Below, piece after piece: positions 1 to 12,289 of a stretch of 64,000 bases of DNA. Source of the stretch: Eledone cirrhosa. Its lineage: Eukaryota. The stretch lies in NCBI GenBank assembly GCA_964016885.1, contig OZ024741.1, forward strand, positions 29,264,001 through 29,328,000, in the 5' to 3' direction. The notes below the pieces were generated by a model. The model made no database searches. It was not told where the DNA came from and worked only from the letters and a program-made list of their open reading frames with translations. Numbering within the stretch: the first letter of the stretch is position 1; each line of letters begins with the position of its first letter. A program made the position numbers and the translations under genes.

Positions 1-183
1 GTCTTAGGAAAGAATCGCTGGACAGATTTTATGATCAAAACCAACCGACAATTGACTGAGGGATAGACCCCGAGTAAGATGGTTGTATAACATCCATGAG
101 CTTGACTGGTCACGCTTGGGAAAGAAGAAGAAGAAGAAGAAGAAGAAGAAGAAGAAGAAGAAGAAGAAGAAGAAGAAGAAGAA
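1..183 (+). mobile_element. Decayed RTE-type LINE 3' fragment with (AAG)n tract
   Basis: Similar to 22600-22914 (agatggttg.ataacatc.atgag...cgcttggg followed by (AAG)n at 121-183). Confidence 0.45.
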
Positions 184-384
184 ACATCGACTTATCGATT
201 TGAAGCGACAAATATATTTACTCAACAATTTATTAGAGGAATTAATCCTAAAACAAAGGCGCTTGAATTTCTTTCATTCAACTAAAGTGTTCATATATTT
301 TTAAAATGTGTATTTTTACATTTTATTGTGGTATTACAGTCTCCGGTCCATGTAAAGGAAAGCCTTTCAAATGATATTATTATA

Positions 385-572
385 GGATTGACAGTATCAG
401 TAGAGGGTCGGACGCCATGCTTTGTAGCATAGAGTTACGGCCCTTTATGATCTGAGTTCAAATCCAGCCGAGGTTAACTTTGCCTTTTATCCTTACGGGT
501 GTCGATAAAATAAAGTACCAGTGATACACTGGAATAATTGCTGGCCTTGTGCCAAAAGTAGAAACAATTATT
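385..572 (+). mobile_element. tRNA-derived SINE, MetaSINE-like core
   Basis: A-box-like TGACAGTATCAG, B box GTTCAAATCC, core GCCTTTyATCCTTACGGG.GTCGATAAAATAAAGTACCAGT, ATT tail; many copies in window. Confidence 0.85.
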
Positions 573-584
573 ATAGGAATGCAT

Positions 585-767
585 GGATTGCCAGTATCGG
601 TAGAGGGTCAGACACCATGCTTTCCAGCATAGTTACGTCCCTTTACGATCTGAGTTCAAATCCCGCCGAGGTTGACTTTGCCTTTCATCCTTACGAGGTC
701 GATAAAATAAAGTACCAGTAATGCACTGGGATAATTGATGGCCTTGTGCCAAAAGTAGAAACAATTA
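585..767 (+). mobile_element. tRNA-derived SINE, second tandem copy
   Basis: Same family as 385-572 and directly downstream of it. Confidence 0.85.
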
Positions 768-1637
768 TAAATTAAAGAAGTCTCGTGTCTTTTCTACTAG
801 TCCAAGTTTGCTTCCTCTTTGGGGTCTTGGAATATGCAATCTTTGTGCGTCCAGCCCACACCTCAGAGTACAGGACGCAGGCCCATCGCCAGTACTATTC
901 CCCACCACATTAAAAAAATAAGACGACTTATATCTATTAATATATCTATCTATATATTTTATACTAGTCCCCACAACATTAAAAATATATAGATATAATT
1001 CGCCCTATTTTTGTTTATTAAACAAATATGAATAATCTATGGGTCGTGTGTGATATCTAATATATTATAAATAACTATATTATACGCAGGATATCATTTA
1101 CTCAAACTGTCTTTTTTTGTACTTAAATATAAAAGAGCACGTAAAAATGGGGCCAGGTATGTTATTAATCTCATGAGCAGAATTCTACTGATAAAGGGGG
1201 TGAATTAAATTGGTCGGTGTACAATGAGCAGTCCTCTAGTAATCGTGGTGAGCCTACACACATAAACATTTCTTCAAGTGTAGTTAGATGAGATTGCATT
1301 ATGATACTGAAATGCGTCTCTTGAATATTGTACAGTAAATGATTATTTAAGTAGATATTAACAAAAACATAAGCTCGAGTAGCATGCATACACAAAACAG
1401 AGACATACACACATGTACCCCCCCACACACACACACACATATATATACATATATATAAACACATAATATATACATATACTTATGTATATATATATATGTA
1501 TATATATATATATGTGTGTATATATGTGTGTGTGTATACATACATGTATATATATATATATATATGCATATAATTGTGGATGTATATTTAGGTATGCATA
1601 CACACATTCACCTCCATACACACACACGTATACACAT

Positions 1638-1668
<31 letters not shown>

Positions 1669-1894
1669 CATACTTATGAAGATTTTATTTTTATGCAAGC
1701 TAAATACTTCTCGAAAGATCTATCGCTTCATCTTTATCATCCATGGCAATAGTGAAAATGAAAAAAGAAGATAAAAACTCAAATATATAGACGTTCGATG
1801 TAATGTGTTCGTGCACGTTTAAAAGGTGGGATGACTAAAACATATATAACATCAGGGAAGGAGCTTTATTTTAAAATCAAAATCATGGAAAATA

Positions 1895-2210
1895 GTTGGC
1901 GTTATAAAATCCGGTACAGAGTTGGCTAACCGTAGGTGTGAGCCCTGTGAGCTGGAATGGCTCTTCCAGCGGGTCTTCCTCACCATCTTCTGGGGAAACG
2001 CGTTTGGGAGCATTTGTTTTTCATTGTACACCCCGTTTAGATTGTTAGAGTTTGGCAGGTCTGTTTTAAGTTTTCTCTCAATCGTATCATTCTCAACAGT
2101 GTGAGTTATAGTTGCAATTGTCATGGTATTCCACGTTTTTAGAGGTTGGCAGGTCTGCATTGTGTTCGGACCTGGTGTTTATTTATTTACCACACCAGTA
2201 AATAAATAAA
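1895..2210 (+). mobile_element. CRE-clade non-LTR retrotransposon 3' remnant
   Basis: ORF 1922 contains ELEWLFQRVFLTIFWGNAF, resembling the end of the CRE restriction-like endonuclease; tail tgtgttcggac..tttatttaccacacca is shared with 16680-16725 and 57690-57760. Confidence 0.55.
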
Positions 2211-2212
2211 CT

Positions 2213-2213
2213 G

Positions 2214-2272
<59 letters not shown>
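2213..2272. repeat. (TAC)n microsatellite
   Basis: Direct reading. Confidence 0.95.
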
Positions 2273-2456
2273 GGAAGGTACATTAACTAATATATAAAGG
2301 AAAATATAAAATATTAATAATATACGTAAATGCATTAGCAGCAAAACTAATGCTATTTAAACACTTCATATAGAGAACGGTTTTGATTTACCTCAAAGTT
2401 GTAATAAATAACATTCGTGTGTGTGTGTGTATATGTGTACGTGTGTGTGTGTGTGT

Positions 2457-2491
<35 letters not shown>

Positions 2492-2975
2492 CATGTGCGT
2501 GATGTTTTGTATTGTTATATATCGATATAAATCTGTAAACTATGACGTGTCGAATGAGTGCTTCAAAGATAAATTTAGATATGAACATTTTATTTTTAAA
2601 ACACAACTCTATATAAAATATTCAATATAGCAACTATATACTATTTACGATAACAGAAAAACCGTGAATTACATATATAGCGCTGTCAATGTTTCTTTTA
2701 TTGTGTAAAGTATATATAGTAGATATATTTCGACGAAGTTCACACAAGTAAGCTATGTTTGTGATCTAACAAATACAATTCATGAAATCTGAACGAAGTA
2801 AAATTTTCCCTATTCTCCGTTATCAAGGTGAAGATATGAACACTGTGGATATTGAACATTCCGTGAATGTTTTAGGGGAGAAGATCGTTTATATTCTATT
2901 GATACCGTTAGCTGGATAAATGTCATACCAGTTCACTCTCTCTCTTTTTCTCTCATACACACATATATATGCATG

Positions 2976-3023
<48 letters not shown>

Positions 3024-3058
3024 ATGAAGGAGTAACCAATCGTCCTTGTTATTTTATT

Positions 3059-3117
<59 letters not shown>

Positions 3118-3334
3118 GTTAAAAATGTACATCTACATATGCATACTGAAATACTAGTGTGTATATGAATACACACACGTATACATATGTAGGTGTACCA
3201 AGTCTTTCACTGGTCGCTTTACAGTGAGCGGCCCAGCTATTCTGTATGTAAACACACAGACAAACCGGTTTTTAGAGTCATACTGGTTTTTCGGGGGAAC
3301 ACCTTCCCCCTATTCTCCAGAAAGCCAGACAAGG

Positions 3335-3379
3335 AATATTGAACTAGTTTCGTTGTTGTTACAACTCATCAGCAATATT
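3335..3379 (-). ncRNA. Type I hammerhead ribozyme (468-unit family)
   Basis: Reverse complement of 4108-4152. Confidence 0.9.
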
Positions 3380-4107
3380 TACCTATCTACCGGCCTTTCT
3401 GGAGAATTGTAAAAGCACATATCGTTATATGCTTTTTCTATGAAAATTAGTAGTGGGCAGACCAATTTGCATAGAGTGTGAGTACGCACCGGTTCAGCGG
3501 AGACGATAAAAACAAATAACGAAACGAAATTAAATTTCGTTTCGTTTGTAACTCACTTTTGTATGACTGACGCTTAAACAATTAAGTTAAAAATGTACAT
3601 CTACATATGCATACTGAAATACTAGTGTGTATATGAATACACACACGTATACATATGTAGGTGTACCAAGTCTTTCACTGGTCGCTTTACAGTGAGCGGC
3701 CCAGCTATTCTGTATGTAAACACACAGTCAAACTGGTTTTTAGAGTCATACTGGTTTGTCTGTGTGTTTACATACAGAATAGCTGGGCCGCTCACTGTAA
3801 AGCGACCAGTGAAAGACTTGGTACACCTACATATGTATACGTGTGTGTATTCATATACACACTAGTATTTCAGTATGCATATGTAGATGTACATTTTTAA
3901 CTTAATTGTTTAAGCGTCAGTCATACAAAAGTGAGTTACAAACGAAACGAAATTTAATTTCGTTTCGTTATTTGTTTTTATCGTCTCCGCTGAACCGGTG
4001 CGTACTCACACTCTATGCAAATTAGTCTGCCCACTACTAATTTTCATAGAAAAAGCATATAGCGATATGTGCTTTTACAATTCTCCAGAAAGGCCGGTAG
4101 ATAGGTA

Positions 4108-4152
4108 AATATTGCTGATGAGTTGTAACAACAACGAAACTAGTTCAATATT
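4108..4152 (+). ncRNA. Type I hammerhead ribozyme (468-unit family)
   Basis: AATATTG-CTGATGA-GTTGT aaca ACAAC-GAAA-CTAG-TT^-CAATATT: 7-bp stem I, canonical core, 5-bp stem II, palindromic CTAG in place of stem III. Confidence 0.9.
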
Positions 4153-4575
4153 CCTTGTCTGGCTTTCTGGAAAATAGGGGGAAGGTGTTCCCCCGAAAAA
4201 CCAGTATGACTCTAAAAACCGGTTTGTCTGTGTGTTTACATACAGAATAGCTGGGCCGCTCACTGTAAAGCGACCAGTGAAAGACTTGGTACACCTACAT
4301 ATGTATACGTGTGTGTATTCATATACACACTAGTATTTCAGTATGCATATGTAGATGTACATTTTTAACTTAATTGTTTAAGCGTCAGTCATACAAAAGT
4401 GAGTTACAAACGAAACGAAATTTAATTTCGTTTCGTTATTTGTTTTTATCGTCTCCGCTGAACCGGTGCGTACTCACACTCTATGCAAATTAGTCTGCCC
4501 ACTACTAATTTTCATAGAAAAAGCATATAACGATATGTGCTTTTACAATTCTCCAGAAAGGCCGGTAGATAGGTA

Positions 4576-4620
4576 AATATTGCTGATGAGTTGTAACAAC
4601 AACGAAACTAGTTCAATATT
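4576..4620 (+). ncRNA. Type I hammerhead ribozyme (468-unit family)
   Basis: Identical to 4108-4152, 468 nt downstream. Confidence 0.9.
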
Positions 4621-4925
4621 CCTTGTCTGGCTTTCTGGAGAATAGGGGGAAGGTGTTCCCCCGAAAAACCAGTATGACTCTAAAAAAGGTTTGTCTGTGT
4701 GTTTACATACAGAATAGCTGGGCCGCTCACTGTAAAGCGACCAGTGAAAGACTTGGTACACCTACATATGTATACGTGTGTGTATTCATATACACACTAG
4801 TATTTCAGTATGCATATGTAGATGTACATTTTTAACTTAATTGTTTAAGCGTCAGTCATACAAAAGTGAGTTACAAACGAAACGAAATTTAATTTCGTTT
4901 CGTTATTTGTTTTTATATATATATA

Positions 4926-5370
4926 TAGTGAAATAAAACGATTGGTTACTCCTTCATTACGTTTATTGGTTGGTGACGCGCGTTTCGTCACTGATCAGAT
5001 CAAGGGTCGATCTGTATCGATCTGACCCGACTTTGTAATCCGCGGCTCGTCATACCCTTGTAATGGTAATAGAAAAAAAAAATTATTATTATTTTTTTTT
5101 ATTTAGTTTTTTTCCATTATCATTACAAGGGGTCTGACGAGCCGCGGGTTACAGAGTCGGGTCAGATCGATACAGATCGAACCTTGAGCTGATCAGTGGC
5201 GAAACACGCGTCACCTACCAATAAACGTAAGAAGGAGTAACCAATCGTCCTTGTTATTTTATTTCACTATAATACACTCTGTCTAGCTCTACACCTCGAT
5301 ACCGAAGTGAACCTAAACATCGAGTGCTCACCCTGGTGAACCTACAGTAACTCCAAGTTACACTCCCTAG
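4926..5370. mobile_element. Fold-back non-autonomous PLE-like element with HHR
   Basis: Inverted arms ~4926-5075 and ~5110-5270, unique tail to 5370, (TA)n on both sides; 5227-5270 is also duplicated at 3021-3063. Confidence 0.75.
5130..5216 (+). ncRNA. Type I hammerhead with extended stem/loop II
   Basis: GGGT-CTGACGA-GCCGC..50 nt..GTGGC-GAAA-CACGCG-TC^-ACCT; the minus-arm copy has palindromic CGCGCG but a C3A lesion. Confidence 0.7.
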
Positions 5371-5396
5371 ATATATATATATATATATATATATAT

Positions 5397-5619
5397 GAGT
5401 TTTCCAAGATATGACAACATGAATGGACCTGTTATTTTTATCTAAAGACATTTTTTCCAGTTGCAACCCGCCCGTCCCCTCAATCTATCTTATTTCTCAT
5501 TATTTCTTCTGATGAAGGACTAGTGTCCGAAACGTTAAGACCCTCTTCCTGCTATATCAAGCGTTAACCTAATACATTCCTTCCATATACTGTACCGATT
5601 ATGTTATTTCTGTTTACCT

Positions 5620-5620
<1 letters not shown>
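5397..5620 (+). mobile_element. PLE-type 3' end / non-autonomous element with HHR
   Basis: Lies between (TA)n and (TACA)n; second copy inverted at 7292-7492. Confidence 0.65.
5505..5540 (+). ncRNA. Minimal type I hammerhead
   Basis: TCTT-CTGATGA-a-GGAC tagt GTCC-GAAA-CG-TT^-AAGA; AACGTT is self-complementary. Confidence 0.8.
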
Positions 5621-5651
<31 letters not shown>

Positions 5652-5653
5652 CA

Positions 5654-5699
<46 letters not shown>

Positions 5700-5701
<2 letters not shown>

Positions 5702-5920
5702 GGAAAAGAGTCAGAACCCGACGGCTGAGCTCCGGCCATTTCGACAGCTAGATTCGAACTAAGTTTTATATCCTTAGCTCGGATCTAGCTGTCTAAACGC
5801 CCGTAGCTCAGTAATCGGGGTCCTAACTCTTTTCCTATTTTACCCACTCTACTACCCTAAGTATCGAGTACTCTGGTGCGTTATGGTTCACATGGTCCCT
5901 TACCACGCTTCTTTGTTATA
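5700..5920. mobile_element. Fold-back 3' end of the PLE family at 50971
   Basis: Inverted arms 5700-5762 and 5774-5837; the tail matches the reverse complement of 50971-51045, 20321-20396 and 56545-56620. Confidence 0.7.
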
Positions 5921-6102
5921 TATAGTATTATTATTTATTAAATAAATAATAATAATACTATCCTTGGTTTTCTTAAAACTTAAATTGTAAATGCTCTGCT
6001 ACCGGATCTGCCGATTATTCGTCCAGCTTTCTTTTCACGCCTGAAGAACAGACAGAACTTATCTCATCTAACCAATGGAAATAGTGAATTATTACACTAT
6101 AA

Positions 6103-6142
<40 letters not shown>

Positions 6143-6182
6143 GAAAACGAAGAATCAGTGTTGCATCGGAACACAATTTATT

Positions 6183-6245
6183 ACGTATTACAATTGTTTC
6201 TCTTGATCGAACCTGACTCTGGATTCGCAAGTTCCTCAGATACGT
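6183..6245 (-). ncRNA. Type I hammerhead
   Basis: Minus strand: ACGTAT-CTGAGGA-a CTTG CGAA..TTCG at CAAG a-GAAA-CAATTG-TA^-ATACGT; element 6137-6320 lies next to (TA)n. Confidence 0.8.
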
Positions 6246-6344
6246 CTAAGTGATTTCGAAGCAAATTCTCTTTCTGCCGAGCCCCGACCCTTTGAATCTA
6301 TATCATCTGCAACCATACGACACACACACATATATATAGGCATA

Positions 6345-6612
6345 CAATACAACAGGAGGAAACATAATAGCACCACTGACGATGTTGCAGATGTGCAACG
6401 GAAGAACTTTGTTAGACTATATATATGTGTTTGTGTCTATATTGTATCTGTACTTTTGACCGTTGGTCAGTCAATGGTAAACATTGAGGAGAGAATAAAT
6501 TAAATTAAACGATATAAAAGACACAGAAGCGAAAACCAACCAAACAGTGAGTGTGTTCTGTCATTAATTCTGGCAATATTACACAAATATGACCCTCCCC
6601 AAGTATAACAAT
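6345..6612 (+). mobile_element. Diverged relative of the 17673 element with a damaged HHR (6372-6413)
   Basis: CTGACGA-t-GTTGCA gatg TGCAAC-GGAA-GAAC-TT; the 3' end tgaccctccc.aagtataacaatat is shared with 18193-18217. Confidence 0.6.
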
Positions 6613-6714
6613 ATATATATATCTATATACACATATATATATATATATAGTGTATGTGATTCAGTAAATTATTGCTCAATGCACAGGCCGGATGTATATA
6701 TTAGGAAAAATTAT

Positions 6715-6919
6715 GAAGTTTCGTTTACATGTATTTAGTTTTTTATTGTGTATCGACCTGTTACGCGCGTTTCGCAGAGGGTTGGTTCAGAATCACCCAT
6801 AAAAGTTATGGATCCGACCCATTATTGATTTCCTCATAACTTCTACGAGCCAATTCTCTGCAAAATGCGCGTGACAGGTGGATACACAATAAAAACCTAA
6901 ATACATGTAAACGAGCTTC
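6715..6919. repeat. Inverted-repeat element carrying the 3' half of an HHR
   Basis: Arms 6715-6787 and 6847-6919; the minus strand of the left arm reads CTGC-GAAA-CGCGCG-TA-ACAGG. Confidence 0.65.
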
Positions 6920-7021
6920 ACCGATTTTTTAACACACACACACACCCAAACACACATACACACACACACATATATATATATATTTATATAGAGGGAAAGA
7001 ATGAGTGAGAGAGAGGGAGAG

Positions 7022-7093
<72 letters not shown>

Positions 7094-7243
7094 TGCGGTG
7101 CTGAAACCGAGGAGACCATTAATCATGGAGGTACTCAATGCATGGGGAGATGCAGAGTCGGTATAGAGATAGGTAGAATCCCGACCACAATACTGTCAAT
7201 ATTTTACCCCGCTCTCTCTCTTTCACACACACACGCACACGCA

Positions 7244-7291
<48 letters not shown>

Positions 7292-7294
<3 letters not shown>

Positions 7295-7492
7295 AAAAGG
7301 TAAGCAGAAATACCAACACAATCGGTAGGTATATACTAGGTTAACGGTTGATATAGCAGAAAGAGGGTCTTAACGTTTTGGACCCTAGTCCTTCATCAGA
7401 AGAAAGAATGAGAAATAAAATAGATTGAGGGGACGGGCGGGATGGAATTGGAAAAAAATGTCTTCAGATAAAATAACAGGTCCATTCATGTT
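7292..7492 (-). mobile_element. Second copy of the 5397 element, HHR with a G12A lesion
   Basis: Reverse-complement similarity to 5410-5620; reads ctgatgaaggactagggtccaaaacgttaaga. Confidence 0.7.
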
Positions 7493-8128
7493 GTGCGTTA
7501 TTCTATCGTTATTATATATATATATATTCACGATGGGATTACGCACAAATTCCGGTTAACAAATAGTTCTCGTGGGGCCCTTATTCAAATGGAGGTTATG
7601 GGAAAAGAAACATATTGCCGTAAGGAGAGATTGAACCCAAATGTTTGTTAAACTCAGTCCTTAGCTGCTTTGCTATACTAACTTGGAATGTGCAAGCTTA
7701 AGAAAATTTTCTTCAATTTACCAACTACTGTGTTTAAGGTTTACTGAACATTTTAAAGAGATATCTCTTCGAATGCGGTTAGAAATATGAATAAAATGCC
7801 TAACTGCATATCATGAGGTGTAATATCAGCATTGAGTGACGTTTATCTGTTTCTTTGAATAATCTTATGTCATGAATTACATTTGTAACTTATGTGGACA
7901 GTTTTATTCTCTGGTCCTTATGAGACGCTTCTTCTATTAACAATATTTTGTATACCACTTAATGATTATAAATGCTTATAATCATTAATGCATACACACA
8001 CACACACATATATATACATATAAAACCTCTCGCGACACACATACATACACATCTGTATACACACACATACATTTATATGTAGGGTGTACATCAATATAAA
8101 TGTTTATAATCGTTAAGGTATATATATA

Positions 8129-8204
<76 letters not shown>

Positions 8205-8323
8205 TATATATAAATATATATATGTGAGAGAATATATATATATGAAACCCTTCACGATACACACCTATACACATACATGTATCATACATGTATGTACAGA
8301 CACACACACCACACACACACACG

Positions 8324-8380
<57 letters not shown>

Positions 8381-8764
8381 ACATATATTTATGTGTATGT
8401 GTTTACATATGAGTGTGGATATGTATGTTTAGTATTTCACCATTTTTCCTTTTACTTGCAAGTGAGGAAATGTTTTCATAGTTTGAGGCTAACGTAAGTG
8501 ACATCCAAGACGAATGGTTTTCTTTTAATGTTATGTATTAAGTGAGTAGCAGAGATGCTGTGGAGACCATTATGCTAGCCTCAAAATATTTCTAATTCTA
8601 ATCTTAATTTCTTCTAGAATGCGTTTGCTGTCTGGTTTAATTTACTTTTGGTAAAGTTGATAACAAAATAACAATGTATGATGGGAGGTTCCAGTGATTC
8701 TATGACAGCATGGGGAGGTGCTGAGTGGATGTTGAGATTGGCAAAATTCCGAACATGGCGCGGC

Positions 8765-8829
<65 letters not shown>

Positions 8830-8833
8830 TCTC

Positions 8834-8865
<32 letters not shown>

Positions 8866-9234
8866 CCTCTCTTTCTCTCTCTCTCTCTCTCTCTACTCCC
8901 TTCCAGCATCCACTTTTTACTCTGTTCATTATGGTTAAATTTTTATTAATTGTTTGCAATCTTTGTCTCGGCTTTCTACCCGGAACCCCTGGTCGTGTTC
9001 TTCATGGACCATTTTTTTCTTTTTTCAATTTGAGAAAAATGTTCCAGCATGTTCTTTGAAATAACATGATTAAAAATAGTAGCTTGGGTCATTGATCCTA
9101 GATGTCATTGAAAACAAAAGCACTGACAGATCTGCTGTACACAAAGGTGACAATTTAGTAATATTGTATAACATGAACAGTCACACTGTTTAGATTTAGA
9201 GAGAACCTAATAGGAATTTTAACGAAAGACAATT

Positions 9235-9470
9235 CAACTCTCCAAATACCGGTCGCTTTCCGATAGATTTGCGGTCGTATCCTTGACAGTGGAGACTTCT
9301 GGTGTCCTTGGGCCTAGGGCTACCTCCCTACTCACCACCATAGGCTCTGAGTTGGCCAGCCCCAGGTGTGAGTTTCGCGAGTTGGAATGGCTCTTCCAGC
9401 GCGTCTCCCTTGCCGTCCTTCTGGGAAACACCTTCTCCATTCTGTCCGCCGACGCTGTATGGAGGCCATC
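9235..9470 (+). mobile_element. CRE-clade LINE remnant
   Basis: VETSGVLGPRA...ELEWLFQRVSLAVLLGN. Confidence 0.65.
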
Positions 9471-9550
9471 AATATGATTGACTGACTTGTCATTTTATCA
9501 TGTACTTTTTTATATCTATATGTGTCCAACACCATACGATGAACATTTAA

Positions 9551-9860
9551 ATGTCTACATTAACAATCATGGCTGGAATGAAAATCAGTGCTACGAAAAC
9601 TAAGATACTCGTTCACCCAAGGAAGCATTGGGATAACAAATGCATTGTAGTCGACTTCTCCATCTACTTCTGCTTACATGGAGTCCCCTCGTGGAGAAGT
9701 CCAAGTATTTCGGGAACGTGTTCAGGAGTGATGGAAATCAGGACGCTGAATTAAGTGCAAGAATTGCAGCAGCTGGAGCAGTAATACACCAGCTTCAGCA
9801 TTCGGTAATCAGAAGAATGCAGGTAGGTGTAAAAGCCAAACTCGCTATCTTCCATTTGGT
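9551..9860 (+). pseudogene. RTE-type LINE RT/thumb fragment
   Basis: GMKISATKTKILV and VEKSKYFGNVFRSDGNQDAELSARIAAA, split by a frameshift. Confidence 0.6.
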
Positions 9861-9919
9861 ATGCGAGCCATACAAAATTTCTGGCTTTCATCGTTCTCGT
9901 TCGTACATAAATAGTTAGT

Positions 9920-11860
9920 CCAGCTGTTCAAAGAGATTATAAAAGATCCTGAAAAATCACCTGACAGGATAACAAATGGTATTACGTACTTACTACCAAA
10001 GAATCATGACATCAAAGACCTAAACAACGATCGGCCTATAACCTGTTTATCCACCACTTATAAGGTTTTAACATTTAATCTCATGGAGAAAACATGCATT
10101 TATGGAAGAGAACAATGTTTTCCTTATTGAACAAAATGGGTGCCGACGAGGTTTGTATGGATGTAAAGAACAACTTTTAATCAATCTATGATCCTTTAGA
10201 ACTGTCATAACAAGCGTAGAAATCTAAGTTACGCATGGATTTATTATATAAAGACTTTTGATAGCACACCACATTTATTCTGAAATCACTGGACATCTTC
10301 AGCATTTTTCTTGTAATTTCAAACTATTTGAAATATAATGTCATTGTGGAACACGAATCTCCAATTATATCACTCCAATGGAGTTCTAAGTTCAATCAAT
10401 ATTAACATCGATTGTGACATTTCCAAGGTGACTCACTCTCACCTCTAACAGTTTATACAGCTCTAATGCCTCTTACAATCAAACTTAACACAACAAAACA
10501 TTCGTAAGTTGCTGAATTGTAATAAGATGCACCACCCAAACTAAACGAAGCCAAGGCTTGATCCAGTTTGAATTGTCTTACACAACCACACACTTAGACT
10601 GGTCAAATACATGGGAGCAACAAACGACGAAAAGCAGAACTTCGTTGAAAAACATGAAACGAATAAGAAGCTTCATTCGATGTTGAAAGAGAGCAAAACA
10701 TTTGTTACTGGCCTCATAATATCCTTGCTGGACAGATCTAGGGAAATGTGGCAACTGTTATTGCAAAGCAGGTAAAAAAGTGCATGAACATTTAGTATCG
10801 AAGTGGAAGCAGATACCATGGTATTGCAAATATGCCCAGTAGCATACAAGCTTATGTTGACCAGAAGCACACCCATCAGTGGCTAGATAGCTGAGGGGTA
10901 AAGGCAGAGAGTGAAGGTTTCATCTTAGCTGCTCAAGATCAAAGATTAATAACTCAAAATTATCAAGCCAATATGATGAGAAATGGAATAAATCCAAAAT
11001 ACCGATTCTGCAATGATGAGATTAAAACAGTGGACCACTTAATCTCTGGATGTAAAGTTTTAGCACCAGTAGACTATAAATCAAAGCACGGCAGACTTGG
11101 CCAATATCTACATTGGTTAATACGTCAGCATTATTAAATTAAAACTGCTGACAAGTGGTATAAGCATCACCCTGAGGCTGTAACTGAGGGAGAAAATGTA
11201 ACGATTCTTTAGGACTTTCCTGTACATAGAGACAGAACTATCAAAGCTAACAGACCGAATATTATTGTAATATTGTAAAATACCAAACGAACAAAGTTAT
11301 TGATTGATATGAACAATATTGTGGCAACAGAATTTGGCAATCTCAGAAAATATAAAGATGTGCTGAAATTGAAAGAAATGTGGCATCTCAAGATGGTTAC
11401 AATAACAATGATTGTAGGAACACTAGGATGATAAAAAAAAGGAACAGAAATTTTTTTTAGAATGAACTTTGGCTTACCATTGCTGCAAGGAATTCAAAAC
11501 ATGTGTTAATTGCTACAGGACACGTATTGAGAAAAAAATCACAATTGCCGTGAGAAAGATAATCATCTATGTTTATTTTTTTTAGTTAACTTTATTAGAT
11601 TATATTCCATAATTATTGTAAGTTGTAAATTATTGAGCACTTTTATATATCATTCTGTTGTAAATATGATTTTAAACAGATAATGTGACCATGTATAAAG
11701 CAAATGATATATTTATAAGTGTGTAAAGTGCTTGCCGTAACAACCTGGTGTGTTTAGTTTATGGCTTACCAACAATATATGCTGTGAGTTTCTCTGTCCT
11801 TGGTGTCAAGATGATACGCGGCATGAAATGAGAACAAAACTAAAAGAAAATGAAAAATAA
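9920..11860 (+). pseudogene. Decayed R4/Dong-clade non-LTR retrotransposon (RT, zinc knuckle, RLE endonuclease)
   Basis: Manual translation gives GITYLLPK..RPITCLSTTYK, EQNGCRRGLYGCKEQLLIN, EGFILAAQDQ, FC..ETVDHLISGC-like and DFPVHRDRTIKANRPNI; many stops and frameshifts. Confidence 0.75.
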
Positions 11861-11971
11861 ACAATAATTATATTTTATATAATTATATTATGATTTTAGG
11901 TAGAAGGCCAATACTTTTTTGTGGGGTGGGGGAATTGACACTCTACTGATACTTTAATTTATCGACCCCGT

Positions 11972-12192
11972 AATAATGGTTTCTGATTTAGGCACAAGGC
12001 CAACGATTTTTGGGGAGGGGAAAGTCGATTAAATCGACCCCAGTGCATTACTGGTGCTTTATTTTATGGACGCCATAAGAACGAAAGGTAAAGCTAACCT
12101 CGGCGGGATTTGAATTCAGAACGTAAAGGGATGTAATTCTATGCCGCGAAGCATGTTGTCCGACGCCCTAATGATACTGCTAATCCACCGCC
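11972..12192 (-). mobile_element. tRNA-derived SINE (MetaSINE-like)
   Basis: Reverse complement of the 385 family. Confidence 0.8.
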
Positions 12193-12289
12193 CTATCGAT
12201 CCCGTAATAATGATAATAGTTCCATTAGCAAAATGATCAAGAATGTAACGAGCGCGTGTGAGGACAATTATTGGTAAATATTTCTCGGT

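Larger units (their letters stand above)
3111..4914. mobile_element. Retrozyme-like non-coding element: 468-bp tandem units with an inverted 5' arm, flanked by (TA)n
   Basis: Left arm 3111-~3752 is about 1.35 units on the minus strand; right arm ~3753-4914 is about 2.5 units on the plus strand; period 468 (3113/3581, 3753/4221, 4108/4576); one HHR per full unit. Confidence 0.85.

Noticed and set aside
385-470. tRNA gene
   Set aside because: The A/B boxes belong to SINE heads and no complete cloverleaf is evident.
8482-8493. Possible 12-nt microexon (catag|TTTGAGGCTAAC|gtaagt); similar hints near 13948-13995 and 29656-29663
   Set aside because: Such splice-like matches are expected by chance in 64 kb of AT-rich DNA; spliced RNA-seq reads are needed.
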